Assembly: GCA_034670305.1 (NCBI GenBank)
Contig: JAXMNT010000066.1
Coordinates: 1-37,739 of the forward strand
DNA length: 37,739 bases
DNA from: Deltaproteobacteria bacterium
Lineage (GTDB): Bacteria; Myxococcota_A; Polyangia; Polyangiales; Houyiibacteriaceae
Reading direction: 5' to 3'
Of this stretch, positions 27,185-35,725 are shown in pieces. The notes beneath the pieces were generated by a model. That model did not search any database. It had not been told where the DNA came from and worked only from the letters and a program-made list of their open reading frames with translations. The translations under genes were made by a program, and so were the position numbers. Position 1 is the first letter of the stretch. Each line of letters opens with the position of its first letter.

Positions 27185-28447
27185 TCAGAAGCAGAGGTTC
27201 GTGCACTCGGTGGCGCCGTTGCGGTTGCACGACTCGCCGCTCGTGCTCGCGTCGCCGATCTCTTCCCACTGGCCGCTCGTGTGGTTCACGACCCAGACGT
27301 CGTTGGCGTTGCCGCAGTCGGTCTTGCCGAACACGACGAACGAGCGGTCCGCGCCGCGGGCGATGCCGAAGCCGTGGCGGCGTTCGGGGGCCGCGAGGTC
27401 CGGGATGGTGAAGTCGCTCGGGAACATACACGCGCCCGACGGTCGGCCGTTGAGGGTGTCGCCGTGCTGGGTCTCGGTCCACGTGCCGCTCGGGTCCACG
27501 CGCCAGAGATCGTTCACGTTGCCCAGATCGGTGCTGTCGTGGCCGGCGACCATCATCAGGTCGTCTGCGGTGGCGAGCAGCGCGCCGCCGAAGCGGCTTG
27601 CAGGCGCGGTCGGCCCGCCGCCGATGACCAGCCGCCAGGTCTCGCCCGCCAGATCGAACGCCCACAGGTCGTTGAGGAATGGGCCGTCGAAGTCGGGGGT
27701 GCCGCCGAAGACGAAGAGCTCCGAACCGAACACCACCATGTCGTGGTAGTAGCGCGGCGGCGGCGGTCCGTCGGCGACGATGACCCGCCAAGCGAGCGTG
27801 TTCAGGTCGAGCGAGAAGAGCTCGCTGTCGCCGGTCGGGGTGAGTCCGCTGGTGGAGGTGTTGCCGCCGAAGACGAGCAGCTGGTTGCGCTCGGTGTCGA
27901 TCGCGACGCCCGCGTTGTTGCGCGCGCTCGGGCCGGTGCCGGTGGTCGCGAGCTGCGTCCACGCCATGGTCGCCAGATCGAGCGACCACACGTCGTCGAA
28001 GTTCGTGTACGGACCGCTGTCGCCGGCGCGGAAGCGGCCGCCGAAGAGCAGCCCCCGGTCGCCGGCCGGATCGTAGACGAAGCCGGACCGCACCCGAGCG
28101 CCCGGTCCGCTTCCGTCTTGCGGCACCTGGGCCCAGGTCTCGCAGGCGACGTCGTACATCCAGACTTCGTCCGTCGCGGTGAAGCGCGGGCTGCACATCA
28201 CCGGTGCGGTCGTGTTGCCGCCGTGCACGACGATGCGGTTGCGGGTCGGATCGTAGAGCGCCGCATGTTCGCCGCGGCCGAGGGGCACTTCACCGACCCC
28301 GCATTCGATGCCCGAGTCCGTGCCCGCGTCGACGGCTGGCGCGTCTTCCATGCTGGCGTCGGTCCCACCGGCGTCGACACTCGAGTCGTCGTCGCCGCAG
28401 GCGGCCAGGAAGAGAAGGGCGGAGAGAAGGGAGATCGAACGGCGCAT
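27185..28447 (-). CDS. Kelch-repeat lipoprotein
   Basis: Lipobox LAA-C; repeated P.AR...YD....LLFGG...DVW..DL...W blades. Confidence 0.88.
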   Translation of the reverse strand: MRRSISLLSALLFLAACGDDDSSVDAGGTDASMEDAPAVDAGTDSGIECGVGEVPLGRGEHAALYDPTRNRIVVHGGNTTAPVMCSPRFTATDEVWMYDVACETWAQVPQDGSGPGARVRSGFVYDPAGDRGLLFGGRFRAGDSGPYTNFDDVWSLDLATMAWTQLATTGTGPSARNNAGVAIDTERNQLLVFGGNTSTSGLTPTGDSELFSLDLNTLAWRVIVADGPPPPRYYHDMVVFGSELFVFGGTPDFDGPFLNDLWAFDLAGETWRLVIGGGPTAPASRFGGALLATADDLMMVAGHDSTDLGNVNDLWRVDPSGTWTETQHGDTLNGRPSGACMFPSDFTIPDLAAPERRHGFGIARGADRSFVVFGKTDCGNANDVWVVNHTSGQWEEIGDASTSGESCNRNGATECTNLCF

Positions 28448-28495
28448 GGGCAACGCTGTACCGGCTCCCGTGAGGGCTGGCAATCGGCGGCGTGA

Positions 28496-28697
28496 GCCGA
28501 CGCCGGCGCCGAAGCCGAAGCCGACGCCGAAGCCGACGCCGAAGCCGAAGCCGACGCCGATGCCGATGCCGAAGCCGATGCCGACGGCGAAGCCGAAGCC
28601 GAAGCCGAGGCCGATGCCGATGCCGAAGCCGATGCCGATGCCGACGCCGAAGCCGAAGCCGAAGGAGAGGATGCGCGGTTCCCGTGCCCGGTGCCCG
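28496..28697 (+). repeat. (GCCGAN)n array with conserved 32-nt tail in a divergent intergenic region
   Basis: Tail CCGAAGGAGAGGATGCGCGGTTCCCGTGCCCG at 28659-28690. Confidence 0.9.
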
Positions 28698-28819
28698 CGG
28701 TTTGCCGACGCCGACGCCGCATCCGGATCGCGGCCCGCTCTGACCCGTTCACACGCTGTGCGCCGCGGACGGGCGGGGCCGTGCTCGACGGGCTGGGGTT
28801 CTCGGCCTAGACCCGGCGC

Positions 28820-29941
28820 ATGTACTTGAACCGAGCGACCGCGAAGAGGGTCGTACGTTCCGCACTTCGCCACGCGAGCGTGTCTCGGCTGCCGACGTGG
28901 GCGGGGTTCGGCAGCGCGTGGTTCGGACTGCGCACGTTGGTGGGGGCCGGCCGCAAGGTCGACGACGTGCTCTACCCGGCGTGGGCCGACCAGCAGGTTC
29001 GGGAGCCGGTGTTCATCTTCGCGAACGGCCGGAGCGGTACGACGCTCTTGCACCGGTTGCTCGGGCTCGATGAAGAACACTTCGCGGGGTACAAGCTCTA
29101 CCAGTCGGTGTTCAGCGCGGTGGTGTACCAGCGGCTCATCGAAGCGATCGATCGCACGCCGGTGCTCGGTGATCTCGGCCGGCGCGGCGTCGAACTCATC
29201 AACACGAAGTTCTTCACCGGGTGGGAGGGCATTCACGAGATGGGCATCAACAAGGAAGAAGAGGACGAAGCCACCTTCGCGCTCGCCCTCGAGACGCCAT
29301 CCATCTCGCTCTTGCATCCGTACTTCGAGGGGTATGAGGAGCTCGGCAAACTCGACGACGAACCCCCGGACGTGCGGGCGCGGTTCATGGATTACTACGA
29401 GGCCACCATCCAGAAGCACCTGTTCTCGGTTGGCGGCAACAAACACCTACTGGCCAAGAACGTCTTCACCGCCCCGCGGGTGCGCACCATCCTCGAGCGG
29501 TTCCCCGACGCACGCTTCATCTACCTCGTGCGCCACCCGTACCGCTCGTTGCCCTCCTGGCTAAGCCTCTTCCATGAGAAGTGGATGACGCATTCGCCCG
29601 AGCTCGCGAACGACACCGAGCACTGCCGCGCGCTCGCCCAGATGTGTTTCGAGTACTACCGGATCGCCATCTCGGTGCGCGAAGAGCTCGACCCGCAGCG
29701 GCTGCACGTCGTCCGGTACGAGGATCTCGTCAAGGATCCGAGCGCCATCGTGCGGGGCATCTACGGGTGGATGGGACTCGACATGAGTCCGGCGTACGAG
29801 CAGGCGCTGGCGGCGCGCACCGCCAAGCAGCGCACCTACAAGAGCGGGCACCGCTACTCGCTCGAACAGTTCGGTCTGAGCGAGGCCTACGTCGCCGAGC
29901 AGATCCCCGACGTCTTCGAGGCATTCGGCTACAAACCGTAG
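28820..29941 (+). CDS. Sulfotransferase (PAPS-dependent, Sulfotransfer_3-like)
   Basis: 5'-PSB motif [16 protein letters not shown], 3'-PB motif [22 protein letters not shown] and [10 protein letters not shown]. Confidence 0.9.
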   Translation: MYLNRATAKRVVRSALRHASVSRLPTWAGFGSAWFGLRTLVGAGRKVDDVLYPAWADQQVREPVFIFANGRSGTTLLHRLLGLDEEHFAGYKLYQSVFSAVVYQRLIEAIDRTPVLGDLGRRGVELINTKFFTGWEGIHEMGINKEEEDEATFALALETPSISLLHPYFEGYEELGKLDDEPPDVRARFMDYYEATIQKHLFSVGGNKHLLAKNVFTAPRVRTILERFPDARFIYLVRHPYRSLPSWLSLFHEKWMTHSPELANDTEHCRALAQMCFEYYRIAISVREELDPQRLHVVRYEDLVKDPSAIVRGIYGWMGLDMSPAYEQALAARTAKQRTYKSGHRYSLEQFGLSEAYVAEQIPDVFEAFGYKP

Positions 29942-30004
29942 AACTTTCAGCCGATCCCGCGGGCGGGAACGTTTGACGCGATCCTCGGGTACATTGGGCG
30001 AAGC

Positions 30005-32188
30005 GTGACCTCCTCCACCCCCAGCATTCCGACCGCCGCCGAATCCCTCATCGGCAAGACCCTCGCGGACTACGCGGTCGAAGCGAAACTCGGCTCCGGC
30101 GGCTTCGGCGCGGTGTTCATCGGGCGCCACCTGCGCACCGGCCGACGCTACGCACTCAAAGTGCTGCGGCCGGACCGCGCGCTCGTCTCTCCCGACGCGC
30201 GTCAGAGGTTCCGCCGGGAAGCGGAAGCGCTCTCGAGCCTCGGCCACATCGGCATCGTGCAGATCCACGACTACGCCAGCGAGAACGGCGTCGACTTCCT
30301 CGTCATGGATCTCCTCGAGGGAGAAGACCTCGCAGCACGGCTCGCGCGTGGTCCGCTCACGCCCGCACGCGCACGGGAGATCGCCGCGCAGGTCGCCGAT
30401 GCGCTTCAAGCGGCGCACAGCCGCGAGTTCGTGCATCGAGATCTCAAACCCGCGAACATCTTCCTCGCGCAGCAGACCGGCGACCAAGAGCGCGCGGTGC
30501 TGCTCGATTTCGGTCTGGCCAAGAGCGTGGCCGAAGGCGCGCCCAGTCTGACCGGATCCGCCGAAGCGCTCGGCACGCCTCAGTACATGGCGCCCGAACA
30601 AGCGACCGGCGAGTCCGTGGACCCCCGGGTCGACGTCTATGGACTGGCGGCGATCACCTTCGAGATGTTGACCGGTCAGCCGCCCTTCACCGGTCAAAGC
30701 GCCGCGTCGATCCTACTCGAGGTGATGACCGTGGTGCCGCCGCGGGTGGACAGCCTGGTCGATGTGCCCGCGACGTGGGCCGATGCGATCGCGCGCGGTC
30801 TCGACAAGGATCGAACGCGTCGCTTCGACGACGTCGGCGCCTTCATCGACGCGCTCGACGGCGAGGTCGGCGGACTCGCCGCAGCCTCCGCGGTGCCCCA
30901 GACACGCGTCTTGCCGAGGAGTTCGGGCGGCGTCGGCGGCGTGCGCTCGAGCGACGGCGCGCTGCAACAGACGTCGCTGCCGGTCAGCAGTGTGCGCCCG
31001 CCGCCCCCGACGGCCGAGAGTCACGCGGTCGTTCCTGCGCGCAGTGGCCACTCGATGGGGCGCATGGCCCTCCTCGGCGCGCTGGTCGGGCTCGTCGCGC
31101 TGGGTTTGCTCGCGGTGGTGTACGCCACCCTGCACGCGCCGCCCGATTCCCCCGTGGCAGTGGCGGATGGCCCGCCCGAACCTGCCGAGACCACCACTGC
31201 GACGCCCACGGTCAGCACCGCTCCGGACCGGGAGGTCGTGCCCGCGGAAGCCGACGGTTCGGACACGACCACGCCTTCTGATTCAGAGGCCAGCGAGATC
31301 GAAGCGGAGTCCGCGGAAGTCGGCGCGCCACCGCCGGAGATGCCACCCTCGCCGCACGCTCGGCAGAGCGAGACGCGGGCCCGCCAGGTCGAGACCTCGA
31401 TGCGACCGCCTCCTCGGACCGCACCCAATGAAGAAACGACTCCGGTGTCCGTCCAGAGTGCGCCTACCGTTGCGGTCGCACCCGTGGGCCTGCCTCCCGC
31501 CGTCAGCGACGCCAACCGCATGATGATCACCCAGTACGAATCTCAGATCGAAGCGATGCGCGAGCTGCTCCAGTTCGTGGGGCCGCTGCGTACCCAGCTG
31601 CAGCCGCTCAGCCGCGGTCGCGAGCCGGTGTTCTGCAACCGACGCCCAGGTCTGCCGCGCGGCAGCGAGGTGCCGCTCGTGGTCTCGTCCTCTCAGCGCT
31701 TGCGGTCGCTCATCGACGACGCCTGCACCCCCTTCGAGCAAGGCCGCAACCCACCCGACGAAGCGCGCTCGCGGATCGCCGCCGTGCCCGCGGTGCTCGA
31801 TCGAAGCCTCGTGATGGCGCAGGATCGCCGGCTGTCGAGCAACGAACCGGTGGCGATCGCCGAAGAGGTCGAAGCGGCCATCGGACGCGCCCGCACCGCA
31901 CTCGATGGCGTCGTGACCGGCAGCCGCCCGTTTCCCTGCGACGACCCGGTCTGGGCGGACTTGCGACGGTTGTCGAACGCCGGCAACAGCTGGTCGGGCG
32001 CGGCCGCGCAGCGGGTGTGGCGTGCGGTCGATCGCAGCTGCCAATCGCTGGGTCTTGGCCGCAGCCGACTCTCTCGGGTGGCGGAACGGGGCTCTGAGAC
32101 GCTCGACTCGATCGAGGGCACCCTGAACGGTCAGATCCGCACGCTCGAGCGGGTGGTGGCGCCGCTGCGGGTCATGGTGAACCCGTGA
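30005..32188 (+). CDS. Transmembrane Hanks-type Ser/Thr protein kinase with Cys-containing helical ectodomain
   Basis: LGSGGFGAVF, ALKVL, HRDLKPANIF, DFGLAK, GTPQYMAPEQ and DVYGLA. One TM, a Pro/Thr linker, then a ~220-aa C-terminal domain. Confidence 0.93.
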   Translation: MTSSTPSIPTAAESLIGKTLADYAVEAKLGSGGFGAVFIGRHLRTGRRYALKVLRPDRALVSPDARQRFRREAEALSSLGHIGIVQIHDYASENGVDFLVMDLLEGEDLAARLARGPLTPARAREIAAQVADALQAAHSREFVHRDLKPANIFLAQQTGDQERAVLLDFGLAKSVAEGAPSLTGSAEALGTPQYMAPEQATGESVDPRVDVYGLAAITFEMLTGQPPFTGQSAASILLEVMTVVPPRVDSLVDVPATWADAIARGLDKDRTRRFDDVGAFIDALDGEVGGLAAASAVPQTRVLPRSSGGVGGVRSSDGALQQTSLPVSSVRPPPPTAESHAVVPARSGHSMGRMALLGALVGLVALGLLAVVYATLHAPPDSPVAVADGPPEPAETTTATPTVSTAPDREVVPAEADGSDTTTPSDSEASEIEAESAEVGAPPPEMPPSPHARQSETRARQVETSMRPPPRTAPNEETTPVSVQSAPTVAVAPVGLPPAVSDANRMMITQYESQIEAMRELLQFVGPLRTQLQPLSRGREPVFCNRRPGLPRGSEVPLVVSSSQRLRSLIDDACTPFEQGRNPPDEARSRIAAVPAVLDRSLVMAQDRRLSSNEPVAIAEEVEAAIGRARTALDGVVTGSRPFPCDDPVWADLRRLSNAGNSWSGAAAQRVWRAVDRSCQSLGLGRSRLSRVAERGSETLDSIEGTLNGQIRTLERVVAPLRVMVNP

Positions 32189-33351
32189 CCCGCCTCGCGA
32201 CCGCGTGTCTCGCCGTATGTCTCTCCGTGTGTGCGCGCACTCCGGTACACGCGCAGGTGTGTCAGCGAACTGCACAGGACTGTGGGGCGCAGACCACCGA
32301 CCTCGATCGCCAGGTCGCCCGGCTTCGCCGACAACATCCCGGCGTGCCCGCCGAAGCGCTCGAAGTGATCCGCCTCGAACGGCGTTCGGCCTGCCACGCC
32401 CACAACGCCTGCCTGCTCGACGACGCTGGTCTGGCACGGACCCAGGCGTGGGCCGAGGCCGAACTACGCGCGCTCGGCACGATGCAGGGCGACGCGGCCG
32501 AAGCGGCGTGGGCGAGTGGCGTGGCGCAGCGGCTCACGCTCATCCGGGGCGCCAACGCCTCCCAGGTCGCGCTGACCCCGAGCATCCCGCCCGAGATGCG
32601 CGCGCGCATGCAGGTGACCATCGACCAGATGACCACGCAGAACGAGGAGCTGTCTCAGTTCGCGGCGCTTTTGAGTGGTCTGGATCAGCAACTGGACCCG
32701 CGGCGCCGTCGGCGCCGACTCGAAGCACCGGCAGCGTGTGTGCCGGCACTCCGCGAGCAGCTGCGCACCATGGTCCGGCAGGGCCACGACATGGCGAGCG
32801 AGGCGCGCTCGATCATGCAGAAGCTCGACGAGGTCTGCGAACCCTTCGCACTCTGGGACGAACCGAACGAGTCGATCCAGGGACGCATCCGACGTTTCCT
32901 CGAGCACGTCGGTCGCATCGAGGGCTGGATGGCCGACATCGGCGAATGCCACGCGGCGGAGAACTACGAGTTCCGGTGCAGCAACGCCTACGGCGAGCGC
33001 AACGCGAGTGCGATCGAAGAGGCCCGCGAAGTGCTGGCGTTGATGCGTGAGGTCCGCACGGTGATGCGCGGCGTTCCGGGCCGGCGCTTTCCGTGCGGTC
33101 ACGCGCTGTGGCGGCGCCTGCGGGAGAGCACCTGGACCGTTCGCACCGCCACCGCTCAGGTCCCTCGCCTCGGTGCCTCGGCCGTGGATGTCTGCGAAGC
33201 CATCGGCGTCGATCCGGCGAACCTGCAAGAGGCCAAGACCGACATGACCAACACCCTCGAACGAACCCTCGCCCGAATTGCACAACGGCGAACCCAGAAC
33301 GAGCAGACCATCGTACGCTTGCGCCAGGCCTACAACATCCCCGCTCCCTGA
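32185..33351 (+). CDS. Secreted Cys-rich helical protein, paralogous to the upstream kinase ectodomain
   Basis: GTGA overlap with the kinase stop; signal peptide ending VHA-Q; colinear motifs shared with the kinase C-terminus (CxPF, FPCxxxxW, C..xG). Confidence 0.82.
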   Translation: MTRLATACLAVCLSVCARTPVHAQVCQRTAQDCGAQTTDLDRQVARLRRQHPGVPAEALEVIRLERRSACHAHNACLLDDAGLARTQAWAEAELRALGTMQGDAAEAAWASGVAQRLTLIRGANASQVALTPSIPPEMRARMQVTIDQMTTQNEELSQFAALLSGLDQQLDPRRRRRRLEAPAACVPALREQLRTMVRQGHDMASEARSIMQKLDEVCEPFALWDEPNESIQGRIRRFLEHVGRIEGWMADIGECHAAENYEFRCSNAYGERNASAIEEAREVLALMREVRTVMRGVPGRRFPCGHALWRRLRESTWTVRTATAQVPRLGASAVDVCEAIGVDPANLQEAKTDMTNTLERTLARIAQRRTQNEQTIVRLRQAYNIPAP

Positions 33352-33360
33352 ACGCCCTCG

Positions 33361-33723
33361 ATGAACGCAGTCGTCAACCTCTCCCACCGTTTCGATCTCC
33401 CGCCCGACGCGTTGTTCGCGCTCTTGCTGGATCCGACCGCCTGGTGGGACGAAGACGCGACCGGCACGCTGGAAGCCACGGTGGGCGGCGCGTTCACCTC
33501 GAGCGACGAATGCGGCACGGTCCGCGCGATGGAAGCCGCGCAAAAGCTCACCCTCGAGCTCGACGACGACACCCTCGTCCTCCTCGTTCTGAACGCCGGC
33601 CTCGACGGAACCGAACTCACCGTCCTCCACACCCGCTTCGAAAGCGGCACCGCCCGCGACGAATACCTCCCCCGCTGGCAAGCGCGCCTCACCCGCCTCG
33701 CCGCCCTCGCCACCCCCGCCTGA
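33361..33723 (+). CDS. SRPBCC/AHA1-like domain protein
   Basis: [13 protein letters not shown]...[17 protein letters not shown]...L..L pattern. Confidence 0.75.
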   Translation: MNAVVNLSHRFDLPPDALFALLLDPTAWWDEDATGTLEATVGGAFTSSDECGTVRAMEAAQKLTLELDDDTLVLLVLNAGLDGTELTVLHTRFESGTARDEYLPRWQARLTRLAALATPA

Positions 33724-33735
33724 GCCCGCCAAAGA

Positions 33736-34034
33736 ACGGGCACGGATTCGGGCTTCGGCGTCGTCGGCGGCTTCGGCTTCGGGATCGGGATCGGTGTCGG
33801 CGTCGGCGTCGGCTTCGGCTTCGGCTTCGGCTTCGGCTTCGGCTTCGGCTTCGGCGTCGGCGTCGGCTTCGGCGTCGGCTTCGGTGTCGGCTTCGGAGTC
33901 GGCTCTTCGGCGTCGGCGTCGCTTCGGTGTCGGCTCTTCGGCGTCGGCGTCGGCTTCGGAGCGTCGGCTTCGGAGCTTCGGCTTCGGCTCTCCTGGCTTC
34001 GGGCTTCGGCGTCGCTTCCGGTTTGGGCTTCGGT
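33736..34034 (-). repeat. (GCCGAN)n array in reverse orientation with degenerate tail
   Basis: Minus strand reads GCCGAA/GCCGAC units with occasional AAGA inserts, ending ...CCCGAATCCGTGCCCGT. Confidence 0.85.
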
Positions 34035-34123
34035 CAGCGGCCAAAAAGATGCTATAAACAATAAGATATCGCCAACAACAACATCAATCCGCCGCTTTCG
34101 TTGAAATCATTCATGTTTTCGGT

Positions 34124-34139
34124 TGGCCCGTGTTTCGCA
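34124..34139 (+). promoter_or_regulatory. Sigma54 (-24/-12) promoter
   Basis: TGGCCCG-TGTT-TCGCA with exact GG-N10-GC spacing. Preceded by the only clearly AT-rich patch in the window (34043-34120) and followed by AGGAG and ATG 34168. Confidence 0.65.
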
Positions 34140-34167
34140 ATGTACCCCGAGCAGGAGAACACGGAAC

Positions 34168-34851
34168 ATGACGACCGACAGCAGCGTACTTTTTGCCCTT
34201 CGCGAACTTCAGGATCTCGAGCAGTCACGGCAGGCCGAGGAGCAAGCCGAAGCCGCCGCCCGAGCCCAAGCCGAAGCGGCCGCCCGCGCCGAGGAAGTCG
34301 AGCGCGCCGCCGAAGCCGCCAAGCGCAAGGCCGCCGAAGAGGCGGATCGGGCGCGGCTTCTGGCCGAGAAGGCGAAGCTGGACGTGGAAGGCCAGGTCGA
34401 AACCCGCACCGCGGAAGCGGAACAGCGGATCGCGTCGATGCGGGCCGAGCTCGCCACGATTCAAGCCGAGCGCGAACTGCTCCACCTCCGCGCGCTCGAA
34501 GCCGCGTCCCGTCCCCCCGAGCGCAAGTCGAACGGCTGGATGGCGGCCCTCGCGATGGTGACGCTCATCGCTGGTGTGCTTGGCGTCGTGCTCGTCGTGA
34601 AGATGACCACGCCTCCCCCCGCGCCGGAAGTCATCGTGCGCGAGGTCCACGTGCCGGTTGCGACGCCGGTCGTCGAACCGGAGCCCGAGCCGACGCCGGA
34701 AGTGGTGGCGGTCGCCGACCCGGTGGTCGAAGAAGCACCGCGGAACCGCAACGGCAACGGCATGCGCGTAGTGCGCATGGTGGACCGCCACGAGCGCAGC
34801 CTGAGCGCGGTCGAGAACTGCGGCGACGACCCGCTGTGCGGGGTCGAGTAA
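34168..34851 (+). CDS. Myxobacterial coiled-coil single-pass membrane protein (SSVLF..ELxxLE N-terminus, DDPLCG C-terminus)
   Basis: AGGAG RBS, Ala/Glu/Arg coiled coil, one TM, Pro/Glu linker, terminal C-x5-C motif. Confidence 0.8.
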   Translation: MTTDSSVLFALRELQDLEQSRQAEEQAEAAARAQAEAAARAEEVERAAEAAKRKAAEEADRARLLAEKAKLDVEGQVETRTAEAEQRIASMRAELATIQAERELLHLRALEAASRPPERKSNGWMAALAMVTLIAGVLGVVLVVKMTTPPPAPEVIVREVHVPVATPVVEPEPEPTPEVVAVADPVVEEAPRNRNGNGMRVVRMVDRHERSLSAVENCGDDPLCGVE

Positions 34852-34883
34852 CACCGAGACTCTCGACCGTCCTCCCGGGCACC

Positions 34884-34911
34884 ACGCCCCCGCCGGTTTC
34901 GGCGGGGGCGT
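34884..34911 (+). terminator. GC-rich hairpin after the 34168 gene
   Basis: ACGCCCCCGCCG-GTTT-CGGCGGGGGCGT, a perfect 12-bp stem with no U-tract. Confidence 0.55.
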
Positions 34912-34937
34912 CGTGCGTCCGGTGGCATACTTCGGCG

Positions 34938-35378
34938 GTGTCGGAGCTCTTGGTGATCGAAGATGGGCATGAGTACGAGGAGTTCGCTCGGCTCTTTCTC
35001 TCGTCGTGGTCGATCCGCGCCGCCCACTCGGCCGAAGAAGCGCTGCGGCTCCTCTCCGAGCGGGCCGCCGATGCGTTCCTCGTGGACCTGCGCTTCGAAC
35101 GTTCGCCGGTGGACGATCTGGTCGGAGACGTAGAGCAGACGGCCAAACGCCGGTTCGGCGGCGACGTGCACCGGGCGGTGCGCTACCTCAAGGAACAGCA
35201 GGGCACGCTGGTGTTGAACGAGATCCGAAACGCCGGACATCAAGGCCCGGCCGTGTTCGTGCACGACTTCCCCCCGCGCCGCCTCGCCAACTTGAAGAAG
35301 CTCTACGGCAACGTGCACGCCGTCGGCGGATTCGACGCCAAGGCGATCGGTGCGGCCTTGGCCGAGGGCGCGGCGTGA
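34938..35378 (+). CDS. Atypical stand-alone response-regulator receiver protein
   Basis: LLVIED, AHSAEEALRLL and DAFLVD (phospho-Asp position); long insertion; no conserved Thr or Lys. CATACT 6 nt upstream of the GTG. Confidence 0.78.
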   Translation: MSELLVIEDGHEYEEFARLFLSSWSIRAAHSAEEALRLLSERAADAFLVDLRFERSPVDDLVGDVEQTAKRRFGGDVHRAVRYLKEQQGTLVLNEIRNAGHQGPAVFVHDFPPRRLANLKKLYGNVHAVGGFDAKAIGAALAEGAA

Positions 35379-35725
35379 CGCCGGTCGAACAGCTGCGCCT
35401 CCTCTCGCACGACCTCGGCAAGTACCTCGCGCGGGCCGCCCGCAACTTTCCGGACGCCGACCCCGTGCCGGAGGTGCTCGTCGAGATGATGATGCGCGAC
35501 GTCTGGGGAGACGAGGGCACCGATGCGCTCGGCCGGTTTCAGAAGCTCGTCGCAGACGCACCGTCGGTGCGCCTCGAACTGGCGGACGTCGAAAAGGACC
35601 TCGAGACGTTGGTCGGCTTGGAGGCGGCGGTGCGCGGGTTCGAGCCGAAGGCGGTCCGCCAAGCCGCGGCGCTGTGCGTGAAGGTCGACGCGGACCTGCG
35701 CCGCCGCCTGGAGCAACGCTCGTGA
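35375..35725 (+). CDS. Small helical protein with HisKA-like H-box (putative phosphotransfer protein)
   Basis: 116 aa; LSHDLGKYL; GTGA overlaps at both ends; no HATPase motifs. Confidence 0.7.
   Translation: MTPVEQLRLLSHDLGKYLARAARNFPDADPVPEVLVEMMMRDVWGDEGTDALGRFQKLVADAPSVRLELADVEKDLETLVGLEAAVRGFEPKAVRQAAALCVKVDADLRRRLEQRS

Noticed and set aside
11231-28697. Hexamer arrays as a CRISPR array
   Set aside because: There is no repeat-spacer alternation, no unique spacers and no cas genes; the copies are kilobases apart.
13648-29941. Sulfatase plus sulfotransferase as a sulfation switch
   Set aside because: They are 13 kb apart in different transcription units, and the sulfatase-like protein lacks the formylglycine motif.
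29973-29995. TTGACG...TACATT as a -35/-10 pair for the kinase
   Set aside because: The spacer is only 11 nt; only the -10-like hexamer is plausible.
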